From the NCBI GenBank assembly GCA_036517375.1, contig DATDWM010000017.1, positions 3,208 to 67,207 on the forward strand: a stretch of 64,000 bases of DNA, given 5' to 3'. How positions within the stretch are numbered: the stretch's first letter is position 1; each line of letters begins with the position of its first letter. The notes under the pieces were generated by a model. That model ran no database searches and was not told where the DNA came from. It saw only the letters and a program-made list of their open reading frames with translations. Source of the DNA: Minisyncoccota bacterium. Lineage in GTDB: Bacteria; Patescibacteriota; Minisyncoccia; Phycocordibacterales; UBA9973. The translations under genes were made by a program, and so were the position numbers. Shown in pieces: positions 18,762 through 28,396 of the stretch.

Positions 18762-19361
18762 TTGCATATGAAAAAAGACAAAACGGGCATGGAGCAAAAT
18801 ATTAAAAATAAGTGGTCTGGAGCTGACTTTATAAACCGGCTGGGTGAAGAAAGTTGGACATATATCAAAACAGTTGTGGACATAGTGCGAGAACCAATTT
18901 TGGTTCTCGATCAAGACCTGCGGATAATGGCTGCCAACGAACCTTTCTATCAAACTTTCCAAGTTGAGCAGAAAGATACAGAAAACAAAGTGGTATATGA
19001 ATTAGGAAATGGTCAATGGAACATCCCAGACTTACGGAAACTTTTAGAAAATATTTTACCGAAAAATACATTCTTTAAAGGTTTTGAGGTTACTCATGAC
19101 TTCCCTATTATTGGACGCAAGATAATGATATTGAACGCTCGTGAGATTCACTGTAAAGAAGACGCTGTCTTGGGTCCGTGTCCACCTATTATTCTTCTCG
19201 CAATAGAAGATGTTACGGAAATGATGGACGTTACTGAAATGCTTACTCGCCATACGAATCAATTTGAGACGACAATGGCAAAACGGACAGAAAAATTAGA
19301 AATACATATCAAAAAATTACAAGAAGAAATAAAACTACTTATTGATAGAGTTAAAATTTAG
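18762..19361 (+). CDS. PAS-domain protein (possible sensor/regulator)
   Basis: PILVLDQDLRIMAANEPFYQTF PAS-like core; divergent from ECF sigma gene. Confidence 0.5.
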   Translation: MHMKKDKTGMEQNIKNKWSGADFINRLGEESWTYIKTVVDIVREPILVLDQDLRIMAANEPFYQTFQVEQKDTENKVVYELGNGQWNIPDLRKLLENILPKNTFFKGFEVTHDFPIIGRKIMILNAREIHCKEDAVLGPCPPIILLAIEDVTEMMDVTEMLTRHTNQFETTMAKRTEKLEIHIKKLQEEIKLLIDRVKI

Positions 19362-19378
19362 TTTTTATTGATATCATC

Positions 19379-19409
19379 TGCTCCGAACTTGGGATGATGT
19401 TTGAATGAT
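19379..19409. repeat. Copy 1 of ~30-bp intergenic motif
   Basis: CTCCGAACTTGGGATGATGTTTGAATGA; shares consensus with copies at 20489 and 21204. Confidence 0.5.
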
Positions 19410-19460
19410 AATTCAACGACAAAATAAATATATCTACATACCTGATTTGAGAGATGCACA

Positions 19461-20039
19461 CTATATATAAAAAAATACGCTTTTAAGAAAACTATAAGCA
19501 TATACTGCGAGATATGCGAGGGAGATGTTAAATACAAAATTGCCCAACCCCAAAGGAATCATTACCCTCCAAAACGAATAGCGTGCTAAGCCCATTGAAA
19601 TAACAATAAAATCGTTTGAGAAAGGAACGAGTGAGCCGTAGATGAAAAAGGCAATCGGCAGTACTCTCGGACGAGCTAGACAAAAAGCGCAAAACTTTTT
19701 GAGGGTTTTTTGTATTCCCTGCGGAATTATAGCTCCGCCGCTATACCCAAGGTAATAAGAAGTTGAGTCGCCCACTATCACGCCGCTTGCAGCAGAAATA
19801 CCAACTAAAAGAGGATTCAGTCCGCCACTTGCCAACATTACAAGAACCACGTGATATGGTACGCCGCTAAAAGTTGACAAACCGCCAAGCAGGGCAAGGA
19901 CGAACATAAGTACATAGGCATTTTCTATCCCGATAATACGAATTATTTCTTCGGGTGAAGAATAATAGAAAAAAACCGTGGCTCCAATAAAAAGTAATAA
20001 CGGAGTTAAGCGTAAAATATACCAAGAGTTTATTTTCAT
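19461..20039 (-). CDS. DedA/TVP38-family membrane protein
   Basis: Multi-TM with VIVGDSTSYYLG motif typical of SNARE-associated/DedA family. Confidence 0.65.
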   Translation of the reverse strand: MKINSWYILRLTPLLLFIGATVFFYYSSPEEIIRIIGIENAYVLMFVLALLGGLSTFSGVPYHVVLVMLASGGLNPLLVGISAASGVIVGDSTSYYLGYSGGAIIPQGIQKTLKKFCAFCLARPRVLPIAFFIYGSLVPFSNDFIVISMGLARYSFWRVMIPLGLGNFVFNISLAYLAVYAYSFLKSVFFYI

Positions 20040-20389
20040 AAAGAGGGTTGAGGATGAGGTGGCACAACAATGCGTATAACCCTCGCCTCAACAAGACCTT
20101 CTTGATTGGTCGGTCCGACCACAATGACGAAATCGCCTACTTTTAATGGTTCCGTCCAGGTTCTTCTGCCCTTTCTTATGTCGGTATCTTGATTGGTCAA
20201 TATAAGCACTTCGGAACCCTCGTTGGTTTTTATCACGAAATTACCTTCCTTAACTTCAACAGCCTCGCCAAAATACTGCACTCGTGTCCAGTGAAAATAA
20301 GCTCGCATACCGCCAAGCGCTACAAAAATAGCAAATATGAATATGCTAATCAATAAATAAATTGTTTTTCGGGAGATTTTACGATTCAT
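20036..20389 (-). CDS. Membrane-anchored hypothetical protein
   Basis: N-terminal TM; 4-bp overlap with DedA gene suggests operon. Confidence 0.5.
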   Translation of the reverse strand: MNRKISRKTIYLLISIFIFAIFVALGGMRAYFHWTRVQYFGEAVEVKEGNFVIKTNEGSEVLILTNQDTDIRKGRRTWTEPLKVGDFVIVVGPTNQEGLVEARVIRIVVPPHPQPSL

Positions 20390-20488
20390 ATTTATATTGT
20401 ACTACTTTCTAACCCACGCCGCTATTTAAAAGTTCTAACCCCACGATAGGTATAAAAAATAACCATTATAAAATATGATTTAAAATTT

Positions 20489-20518
20489 GGCTCCGAACGT
20501 GGGAGGATGTTCGCAAGG
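20489..20518. repeat. Copy 2 of ~30-bp intergenic motif
   Basis: GGCTCCGAACGTGGGAGGATGTTCGCAAGG; contains CGAAC/GTTCG 5-bp inverted repeat. Confidence 0.5.
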
Positions 20519-20566
20519 CTATTATACAGGAAAATTAGGCTTAATTCCGTTATCCTGTATGGATTT

Positions 20567-20893
20567 TCACCCAAATACCAATACTTTATCCGAACTCTCC
20601 ACCATTTTGAGCAAGTCGGACATCGTGGAAACGGGGCAAACTTTGCTTTCTTCCTTTCCACGAACTTTAAGACAACTACCACAAGCATAAATCTCGCCTT
20701 TTAATTCTTTGAATTCCGACACCTTTTTTGAAATATCAAAATCTTTTGTATCGGGAATGATATCCAATTCTGAACCTTCGCTCATTAAAAAGATTTCTAC
20801 TTGATGTCCAGCTTTAAGCGAAGTAATTCCAAGGCGGAATGTATTCCATATATGTTCGGGTTTATTTGATTGTAAAATCATTCCTAGTTTCAT
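20567..20893 (-). CDS. DsrE/DsrF-like family protein
   Basis: ~108 aa, conserved Cys (ACGSC) and fold-typical hydrophobic pattern. Confidence 0.45.
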   Translation of the reverse strand: MKLGMILQSNKPEHIWNTFRLGITSLKAGHQVEIFLMSEGSELDIIPDTKDFDISKKVSEFKELKGEIYACGSCLKVRGKEESKVCPVSTMSDLLKMVESSDKVLVFG

Positions 20894-20899
20894 AGTAGC

Positions 20900-21142
20900 T
20901 TAACTTAAATCTTTCTTCTTTTCTTCAAACTCTTTCTTATCAATTTCGCCTTTAGCATATCTTTCCTTTAAAATATCCAGAGCCTTTTTACTACTGTCCA
21001 TCCCGTTTGCCTTGCTATTACGGACAAGCCAAACAATAAAATAAATAACCGCTACCCAAAATAAAAGCATCATAATTCCACCTCCGAACCAGCCCATCAT
21101 ATTACCCCAACTCCCAAAACCATCATATATTCCATACATCAT
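20900..21142 (-). CDS. SHOCT-domain membrane protein
   Basis: TM helix followed by [31 protein letters not shown]-like tail. Confidence 0.6.
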   Translation of the reverse strand: MMYGIYDGFGSWGNMMGWFGGGIMMLLFWVAVIYFIVWLVRNSKANGMDSSKKALDILKERYAKGEIDKKEFEEKKKDLS

Positions 21143-21203
21143 AGTTTTTATAGTTAATATTAATAATTTTTATTTCTATAACATTTTATCATAAGAAGTC
21201 ACT

Positions 21204-21232
21204 GGCTCAAACTTGAAATGATATTCGTAAGG
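21204..21232. repeat. Copy 3 of ~30-bp intergenic motif
   Basis: GGCTCAAACTTGAAATGATATTCGTAAGG. Confidence 0.45.
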
Positions 21233-21252
21233 TAATAATTAATAATCCATAA

Positions 21253-21918
21253 CTATTTTTCGTCAATAACTCCAATTGATTGCTCATACAGTTTTTCTGT
21301 CTGTGAAAACATCCAGTTGATAAATTTTAGTACTTTTGGATGAAACTCGCAAAGGTTGAAATTGAAGTTAGACAGCAATAGAATCAAGTGACTCCCAACC
21401 CAACTCGTAGAACCTCCTTCTAGGCTTAGAAGTACTTCTTTGTGCAAGCTTTCATCCTCTCCACGTGGGTAATCAACAGACCGATGAGATGCCCATTTGT
21501 TAGAAAGGACATTTACCATTCCTTCTTTATCCACAACTGAATCCCATATCTCTTTTAACTCTAAATCTTTTGGAGGATTTAATTTTAAGGATTTAATAAA
21601 AAAACTAGCACGCCTTAATTGACAAAGGTATGCTTGTACCTCGAACTTTATATTTGCTTGTGATTTTTTAATTTCTGCCCATTCTTCATCTGTATGAAAT
21701 CTGTTTACATATAATGATGGAACTCCTTTTTCTTCTAATTTCCTAAAATTGGCAAAATGATATTCTAAAGCCTCAGGTAGAACTCTTTGAAAAGTTAAGA
21801 TTTGAAAGTTTTTTAAGCCTTGCCATTTTTTCTTATCAGCAATATTTTTCTCACGCGATTGTACTGGAACAAAAGTACTTATAAGAATTCTTTTAGAAGA
21901 GTTGTTATTTTTTGACAT
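21253..21918 (-). CDS. Hypothetical protein, 3rd gene of NTPase operon
   Basis: Co-directional, 38-bp gap to upstream gene; no recognisable domain. Confidence 0.5.
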   Translation of the reverse strand: MSKNNNSSKRILISTFVPVQSREKNIADKKKWQGLKNFQILTFQRVLPEALEYHFANFRKLEEKGVPSLYVNRFHTDEEWAEIKKSQANIKFEVQAYLCQLRRASFFIKSLKLNPPKDLELKEIWDSVVDKEGMVNVLSNKWASHRSVDYPRGEDESLHKEVLLSLEGGSTSWVGSHLILLLSNFNFNLCEFHPKVLKFINWMFSQTEKLYEQSIGVIDEK

Positions 21919-21956
21919 ATAGATTTGAGTTTATTTTTTGATTCATAATATTTAGA

Positions 21957-23474
21957 CTATCTGGGGATTTTAGACACTTCAAAAATAAAACGTTTACGTC
22001 TTGTGTCTTCAGGCTTATACTCCCACCCTGTGCCATATCTATCTATTTTACTTTTATCTAGGTCTCCACAGGTTATAAGTCTTAATTTATTTTTTCTTAA
22101 AAATGTTTTAAGATACTTACCTTTAATAACTAAAACACTACCGTGGTCTGCCAAATGATGTTTATCCTCTCCATAGTTACTAACACTTGATACAAAGCCA
22201 TTTTGCCAATTTATAGTTTTAATCACTAATTCATTTTTACTAGTATAGTATTCCAGTGTCCCTTTGCGTTGTTTTAATTTAAGCTGTTCAACTATTTCTG
22301 GTGCAGGAAAGACAGGATTAAAAATATCGCCAAAATTTGTTTCTGAAATTATTCCGTAAGCAGGAAACAACTTACCATTTAGTTCTGTTCTATTGTGGTC
22401 AGAAACAAATAATTTCTTACTTTTATAAGCAAATATTGGAACTTCATCAATTAAACAGTTGTTACAACTATAAGAAGGCGGGAAAACTTCTTTTTTATCA
22501 TTTATTTTATTTAAATTTTCTGTCGTAAAACCGCTAAAAGTCTTACGGGAGAGCAATTTATCTTCAAAACGAATGCGTGTGTCCTCATATAACACAACCC
22601 ACGGCTGGTTTAAACCTGTTAGATTATAGATGTTCTTCCTCTTTAATTTGTCTTTCAACCAAAATTCTGTTTTTACCTTAATATTCTCGAATTTTATAAA
22701 ATCTGGTCTATCGGTAATCAAGTCCTCAACCCACACTGGTTCATAATTATAATTCTCCTGTAAAAACTCCCTCCAGCGAGATTCTTCGACTGGTAAGTTT
22801 TTTATACACCACATTAGAAAAGTTTGTATCCCGTGATAGGCACAATAATGCAATTTAGTTTTATAGGACTCATTTCTGGAGTAACCCCGATTCCACCTAG
22901 TAGGTACATCTTCCCAGTATTTTTTACCCTTTCGATAACCAAGCACCTTCATATTCTGCAACAATTTCTTGTAACCTTTTTTGCCCGCATATTTAAATGT
23001 ATTGCATATGTTATCAAGCTTATATTTGTAGTCACCCCCTCCTAGGGTGTACTCTACGAAATGTTCAGAACTATATCGATACCAATCTTGCTGGGTATCG
23101 GGAGTAAACTGTGTGGGGGTAACTAATTTAAGAGACTCCGCAAATATATTCTTAGCAGAAGATTTAAAATTACTTAGATTTTCCAAGATATTTTTTGATA
23201 AATAAGCAATCTTGAAATGGTTACAGCGTTTTGCAGTTTTTAAGATACTTTCTTTGATGGAAAGTATTCTTTCGGGAGCCTTGTAGCTAAGACGAAATAA
23301 AACTTTTAGAGAGTTCTCGACTATATCTAGGTTCTCAGAAAGTAGATTTTTCCTTAGTTCATTAATGGTTTTTTCATTAATTAGAGCATTTTCATATAGT
23401 GCTTTTTCTGCACTACCTCTCCATTTAAAAGGGGCAACACCGAGATATTTAGATATAAATTGTAAGGATTTCAT
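21957..23474 (-). CDS. Hypothetical protein, 2nd gene of NTPase operon
   Basis: Starts 4 bp after stop of 1578-aa gene; no recognisable domain. Confidence 0.5.
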   Translation of the reverse strand: MKSLQFISKYLGVAPFKWRGSAEKALYENALINEKTINELRKNLLSENLDIVENSLKVLFRLSYKAPERILSIKESILKTAKRCNHFKIAYLSKNILENLSNFKSSAKNIFAESLKLVTPTQFTPDTQQDWYRYSSEHFVEYTLGGGDYKYKLDNICNTFKYAGKKGYKKLLQNMKVLGYRKGKKYWEDVPTRWNRGYSRNESYKTKLHYCAYHGIQTFLMWCIKNLPVEESRWREFLQENYNYEPVWVEDLITDRPDFIKFENIKVKTEFWLKDKLKRKNIYNLTGLNQPWVVLYEDTRIRFEDKLLSRKTFSGFTTENLNKINDKKEVFPPSYSCNNCLIDEVPIFAYKSKKLFVSDHNRTELNGKLFPAYGIISETNFGDIFNPVFPAPEIVEQLKLKQRKGTLEYYTSKNELVIKTINWQNGFVSSVSNYGEDKHHLADHGSVLVIKGKYLKTFLRKNKLRLITCGDLDKSKIDRYGTGWEYKPEDTRRKRFIFEVSKIPR

Positions 23475-23478
23475 AGTA

Positions 23479-26400
23479 TTATGCTTTTGTTAAAGATAAC
23501 CGCATAGATTCTTCGACCGTTTCTTTTAGAGGATGGAAAGCATACTTCTTCAATTCAGGAAAAAAAGAATCTATAACGTCTGAGGTTCTGACTAATAAAT
23601 AATTCAAATAATAACTACTTTCTGATGACTTATAAATAGAGAGACGGATAACTTTTTTTAGAAATTCCTTTTTATTTTCAAATTCCATTTGTGCTAGCTT
23701 ATTAACAAGCTCTGGAAGATTGTATGGATATTCTTGGTTGTTGCAAAAATCCAAAATGTCCCCCTTAATCTCCTTAAGGTAAGCTTTGTCCTTATTTTTT
23801 ACAGACAAATCAAGTAGTGAACATAGAATATTGTAGGTAAGAAATTCAACGTTATTTTCTTTACACCACAGTTTTACCTTGCTAATAATTTTAAGGTCAG
23901 AGTTTGAAACAATCTCTAGTATTAAACCATCAATTTTATATTTTTTATCTTCCTTAATAAAAGAATCTAGTAATCCAGTTATCTTTTTCATAGACCTGTT
24001 CCGTGCAAAAGATTTAGCCTGTTTAATGACTGCTAGCGGTATTAACTCTGAGTTAGGGGTAGTTGGTATCACTGAATATCCGTCAAGTTCTAATTGGGCG
24101 ATATACTTCTTTATATCCCCATACTCTCTTTTTAAATCATTCTTTTGTTTTATAAACGTTACTAATTCATTTAATAGGGTTAATCTTGCCCCAACATATA
24201 CATATCTACGCAAGTAAATACAATATCTACTTAAAAATAATCTGGCGTTAGGAATATCATTATTTTTTAGAGAGTGGTCAATCAAGGCGTAGTAAATAGC
24301 TTTGATATTTGGTTGTTCTCGGTCAGTCTCTTCATCAAATCTTACTAAACCTAGCAATGGCATTAGTTCTGGAGCAATAGTTTGATATTTATACCTATCA
24401 AGACTAGCCAGAATTACTTTTTTTAACCCCTCATTCAAATTAACTTCTCCTTTGTTTGTCAGTTCTATTAGATAATCAAGACCTAATTCATAATTTGAAT
24501 ATGCAACTGATTCTATAAAACCTAATTTATAATACCAGCTACCCTCAACAACACTACTGATTTTATCGATATATTTAAGAATGGTTTCAAAATCATCTTT
24601 TTTATTTTGAGTTCTAAGACAGTCAATTAAATTCAAAATTCTCAAATCCTCTTTTGCCCATAAGCCACGAGAATATTTAAGAGAATGCTTATAGATATTC
24701 TCTGCTGATTCTCTATAACCCTTACTATTTACTGTTCTTGCTAATTCCTTCAGACCATCACTTTTTGCAAAATTATCTTGCTTTTCTTTGGTTTTAAATT
24801 CAAGTATCTTTTTTTGGTATAACACTACCTTTGATACTAAGGCGGGGGTGATTGGCAACAGTTCATCGAAGGTGGTCTCTAATAAACTTTGATTTTTCTC
24901 TAAGATTGTATTTTTGAAAACCGATTCGACGACATCAACAAAAGATTCTAATTTTTTAGGAAAATACTTAGCTACAGTATTCAAACAAATCCCTACGAAT
25001 GAAGTTGCATTTTGATAGTAGACAAAAGCTGTTTTCTCAAAAGGAGATTCTCTTAGTTGTTTATACTCACTAACTTGTGAAATTTCCTTTTTAAATACAC
25101 TAAGACTTTCCATAATAAAATGGTTTAATCTTTTCCAGTCCATTTTTTTATTTTTTACAAAAAGAATATTACGGTAAAGCAATATGTAGGTTGAAACTAT
25201 GTTAGCGAAAGCATCATTCTCATAGTCCTTAAAATGTTCTTTATGATATTTTTTCTGGGCATCAATGAGAAATTCCTTCGGATTAAAATTTTTAGTAACA
25301 ATACTTAACAAAGCGGTTCTTCGGAGGAATAACCCCTTGCCGTTTATTCCCCAGTTAGAATACATATCTCTGTGATAAGGTGGCTCAAAGTCAACTCCAG
25401 AAATTAATTTAGATATGGAAGATTTTGATTCGCTTGTGTTTAACAAATATGAGACTTCGGCTATATCTAGTTTCTGATTTATATATCGGTCGTTGATTAA
25501 ATATTTGAATAACTGATACTGTTTAATAAGAGTTTTGAGTTTCTTTTTGGCAGTAGTATCTTTTTTCTCTATATAAAGATACGCATAGGTTATGAGCTGT
25601 ATTGCCTTGGATTGCCTATTTATAAAATGTAACACTGCCTTTTTTTCTTTTGGGTATTGAACTCTATTCAACTTTATTAACATACTAGCTCGGAATCCCA
25701 CTGTATAAGGTTTAGGCTCTTTAAAACGAATATTTTCAATATATCTTACAGCTCCATCGTATCTACCTAAGTTAATACAAGCTTCTAAATACTCTACGAT
25801 ATTATCCCAGTACATATCCGTATTACCATTTTCCATCATTTTTCTATCCCAAAGAATATCTTTATTAAAAGAAATACGAGCTAATCCATCTTCTAAAAAT
25901 CGAAGGGCTAAATTTTTAGAAGGACTGTCTTCTCTGGTATATAAAAAATTACCCAATCTAATTCGCTTCATTACCCATTCTCTTAAATTGTACAGAGATT
26001 GGTTTTGTAATACATCAAGTTCAGCCTCAACTTCTTTAAGAAGGTTCGGTGTACCGATACTGCTTTTCAGAAAAGTATCGTCATCGGACATCCGAGCAGG
26101 ACTTAAATTACTAATCTTAACTGAATATTTAATAAAATTCTCTAAATCATTTTTTGCATCAAAGTATTTTGTAAAATAATGTAAAGATTCAATTTTTGAA
26201 CCATAATCTAGTTTAGAATCAAAAATTGTTTGAATGAAATTATTTTGAATTAACTTCTTTGTAATTTGCTTAGTAAACGGGTCAGAACTGCCAATTACCC
26301 GCAAATGATTAGTTAAGTATTTTTTCGGATAGGCTAATTTGAGATTACCTTTAGTTGAATAGAATCTTATTATTTTTCGGTTATATTCTTTCTGAACACT

Positions 26401-28215
26401 TGTTAGTTTATTACGAATGAATCTTCTAAAACTATCGTGGTATGGTTCGATATATCCTCCACGCAAGTTCACGAAGGGACTTATTTTTTCGTTAAGGTCA
26501 TTAAAATTCTCTAACTTAATTTTCGCTACCTTATAGAGTGTGTCTCTTTGGATTTCAGCAAAATGAAAACTTAGACAACCAAGACAGTGTTTCTGTCTTG
26601 TGTTCAGGCTGTCCCAGATGGGTTTATACCAATCGAAGACTTCTTTATAATCTTCTTTGCTGTCTATAATGCTGTCATAGTCTTTTCTTGAAATCTTTTT
26701 TAACTTTTGTGTTAAATAAAAAATAGAAATAGCCAACCCTTTCGTTTTTTTAGATATTTTTCTTAATTGGTCAATAGTTAGATTAATTTCCGCATTTTTA
26801 AAATATTCTTTTATTTCATTCTCGCTAAATGACAAACTAATAGAAATCTTTCTAGAAGTTTTGTCTGGAAGGTTTTTTATCTGTTGCGGAAGATATTCTT
26901 TTGTCCAAGTACTTAACAAAAAGACTACGCCAGCATATTGAATTGAAGGTATGGCATTTAGGATAGACTTATCTTTGTAGTTGTCAGTTTCTACTTGGTC
27001 TAAAGCGTCTACAATTATTACAATTTTTTTATCCTTACGTTTTAATGCTGATTCGCTTACTTGATTTAATGTTTTCTCAAACATTTTATTTATAAATTCT
27101 TCATTATCCTTAAGGCTGACAGTTTCTTTTGTAAGTCCCAAGTCAAAAAAGCGTTGAATCAGGTCAACCTTAAACCACATACTACTTAAACGTTCTTTCT
27201 CATAATTTAAATTCGAGTCAATTTTCTCAAAAGGTCTAATACGACAAAGGTAGGGTAAAAAATCAGCGTTGGTTTGTGTAAGCTTTGAGAGTAAGACTGT
27301 TTTCCCCGAACCAGAGGGGGCAAAAAGGAAAACGAAACCACCTTTCTTTTTTTGTTTATTTACAGCTTTAAGTATCTCAACTTCAACCGCTTTTCTTTGA
27401 ATGTAATTTTTAGGAGTATTTATCTCGTGAACTAAACTCGTTTTAATAATTTCAATCAATCCAAGTACATCCGCCTTTCTAATGATAGTTTCTTTTTGAG
27501 TAAATTTTTTAAAGGTTCTACTTATAAAAGCATCAACTCTATCATTATCAGAAATGCCAAGAAGCCCTAATTCTTTTTTGAGTTTGGATTCTATGCCGTC
27601 ATTGTCTGTGGAAATTTGAAATTCAAAAGATTTTATAAAAGCTTCTAGTTCGCCACGCTTTAGACGAGTTTTAGTGAAATTAGATTTAATGTTTAAAAGT
27701 TCCGTTTTATATTTATCACTAAATTTACTCCAAGTTATCTTTTTCTGATTCAACTTTTTTATATCACTAAGAAACTTCTTCAAGTCTGACCCAAGTGGTT
27801 TGTTGCTAGCAAGAATTAACTTAACTTTATTCTTTTGTCCTTTATGAAATCTCCAAGCTTTAAGGAATTTAAAAATTACAGTTCCTTCGTACTTAGAATT
27901 TTTCTTAGCACTTTTTTTCTTGGCAGTTTCCTTGGATTCCCATAGACCACTATAAGTCCAACTACTGCTTACTACATCAGTGTACTTAAGTTGAATGACT
28001 TCAATGGACTTATCTTCAAAAAATCGGGTTATGTCCTCTATACGTCTTTTTGCTCCTCCTTTCCTGTCTGGTTTGATTTCGACATAAGAAAGCTTACTAT
28101 CGGTCTTTATTAATTTTGTAAACTCTAGAGCAGAAAAAACCTTTTCGAAGTACTGAGAAGTATCTTCGTTTCGATTTAGTATATGACTTTTGGATGTCTT
28201 CTTTTTTCCTTTCAT
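23479..28215 (-). CDS. Giant (1578 aa) P-loop NTPase, STAND/AVAST-like candidate defence protein
   Basis: Walker A GGFVFLFAPSGSGKTVLLSK (~aa 297), Walker B KIVIIVDALDQVE (~aa 400), >1100-aa helical C-terminal region, N-terminal region with PD..QLK (PD-(D/E)xK-like) pattern. Confidence 0.6.
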   Translation of the reverse strand: MKGKKKTSKSHILNRNEDTSQYFEKVFSALEFTKLIKTDSKLSYVEIKPDRKGGAKRRIEDITRFFEDKSIEVIQLKYTDVVSSSWTYSGLWESKETAKKKSAKKNSKYEGTVIFKFLKAWRFHKGQKNKVKLILASNKPLGSDLKKFLSDIKKLNQKKITWSKFSDKYKTELLNIKSNFTKTRLKRGELEAFIKSFEFQISTDNDGIESKLKKELGLLGISDNDRVDAFISRTFKKFTQKETIIRKADVLGLIEIIKTSLVHEINTPKNYIQRKAVEVEILKAVNKQKKKGGFVFLFAPSGSGKTVLLSKLTQTNADFLPYLCRIRPFEKIDSNLNYEKERLSSMWFKVDLIQRFFDLGLTKETVSLKDNEEFINKMFEKTLNQVSESALKRKDKKIVIIVDALDQVETDNYKDKSILNAIPSIQYAGVVFLLSTWTKEYLPQQIKNLPDKTSRKISISLSFSENEIKEYFKNAEINLTIDQLRKISKKTKGLAISIFYLTQKLKKISRKDYDSIIDSKEDYKEVFDWYKPIWDSLNTRQKHCLGCLSFHFAEIQRDTLYKVAKIKLENFNDLNEKISPFVNLRGGYIEPYHDSFRRFIRNKLTSVQKEYNRKIIRFYSTKGNLKLAYPKKYLTNHLRVIGSSDPFTKQITKKLIQNNFIQTIFDSKLDYGSKIESLHYFTKYFDAKNDLENFIKYSVKISNLSPARMSDDDTFLKSSIGTPNLLKEVEAELDVLQNQSLYNLREWVMKRIRLGNFLYTREDSPSKNLALRFLEDGLARISFNKDILWDRKMMENGNTDMYWDNIVEYLEACINLGRYDGAVRYIENIRFKEPKPYTVGFRASMLIKLNRVQYPKEKKAVLHFINRQSKAIQLITYAYLYIEKKDTTAKKKLKTLIKQYQLFKYLINDRYINQKLDIAEVSYLLNTSESKSSISKLISGVDFEPPYHRDMYSNWGINGKGLFLRRTALLSIVTKNFNPKEFLIDAQKKYHKEHFKDYENDAFANIVSTYILLYRNILFVKNKKMDWKRLNHFIMESLSVFKKEISQVSEYKQLRESPFEKTAFVYYQNATSFVGICLNTVAKYFPKKLESFVDVVESVFKNTILEKNQSLLETTFDELLPITPALVSKVVLYQKKILEFKTKEKQDNFAKSDGLKELARTVNSKGYRESAENIYKHSLKYSRGLWAKEDLRILNLIDCLRTQNKKDDFETILKYIDKISSVVEGSWYYKLGFIESVAYSNYELGLDYLIELTNKGEVNLNEGLKKVILASLDRYKYQTIAPELMPLLGLVRFDEETDREQPNIKAIYYALIDHSLKNNDIPNARLFLSRYCIYLRRYVYVGARLTLLNELVTFIKQKNDLKREYGDIKKYIAQLELDGYSVIPTTPNSELIPLAVIKQAKSFARNRSMKKITGLLDSFIKEDKKYKIDGLILEIVSNSDLKIISKVKLWCKENNVEFLTYNILCSLLDLSVKNKDKAYLKEIKGDILDFCNNQEYPYNLPELVNKLAQMEFENKKEFLKKVIRLSIYKSSESSYYLNYLLVRTSDVIDSFFPELKKYAFHPLKETVEESMRLSLTKA

Positions 28216-28396
28216 TTATAGGCACATATTAACATTTTGCCCAGAAAAGAACCAAAGATAAACATCTGGGCTTTAGAGTTTCCAACATTCATCCAGAATG
28301 CCTATTTAATGGGGTAAAATGCCCCCTTCCTCTTTGGTATGTGAGGTTTTGAACAATGGTATAATTAGAGTAGCTTTTGAAAAATAAGCTCATTAA

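Noticed and set aside
20487-20690. 67-aa TTG-start ORF beginning inside motif copy 2
   Set aside because: It overlaps the DsrE-like gene on the opposite strand and starts within a repeated non-coding motif.
21143-21252. Search for an attL-type direct repeat of the tRNA-Asn 3' end at the presumed left island boundary
   Set aside because: No copy of the tRNA 3' segment was found by eye. This is expected if integration was by a serine recombinase (2-bp crossover), so the left boundary remains undefined.
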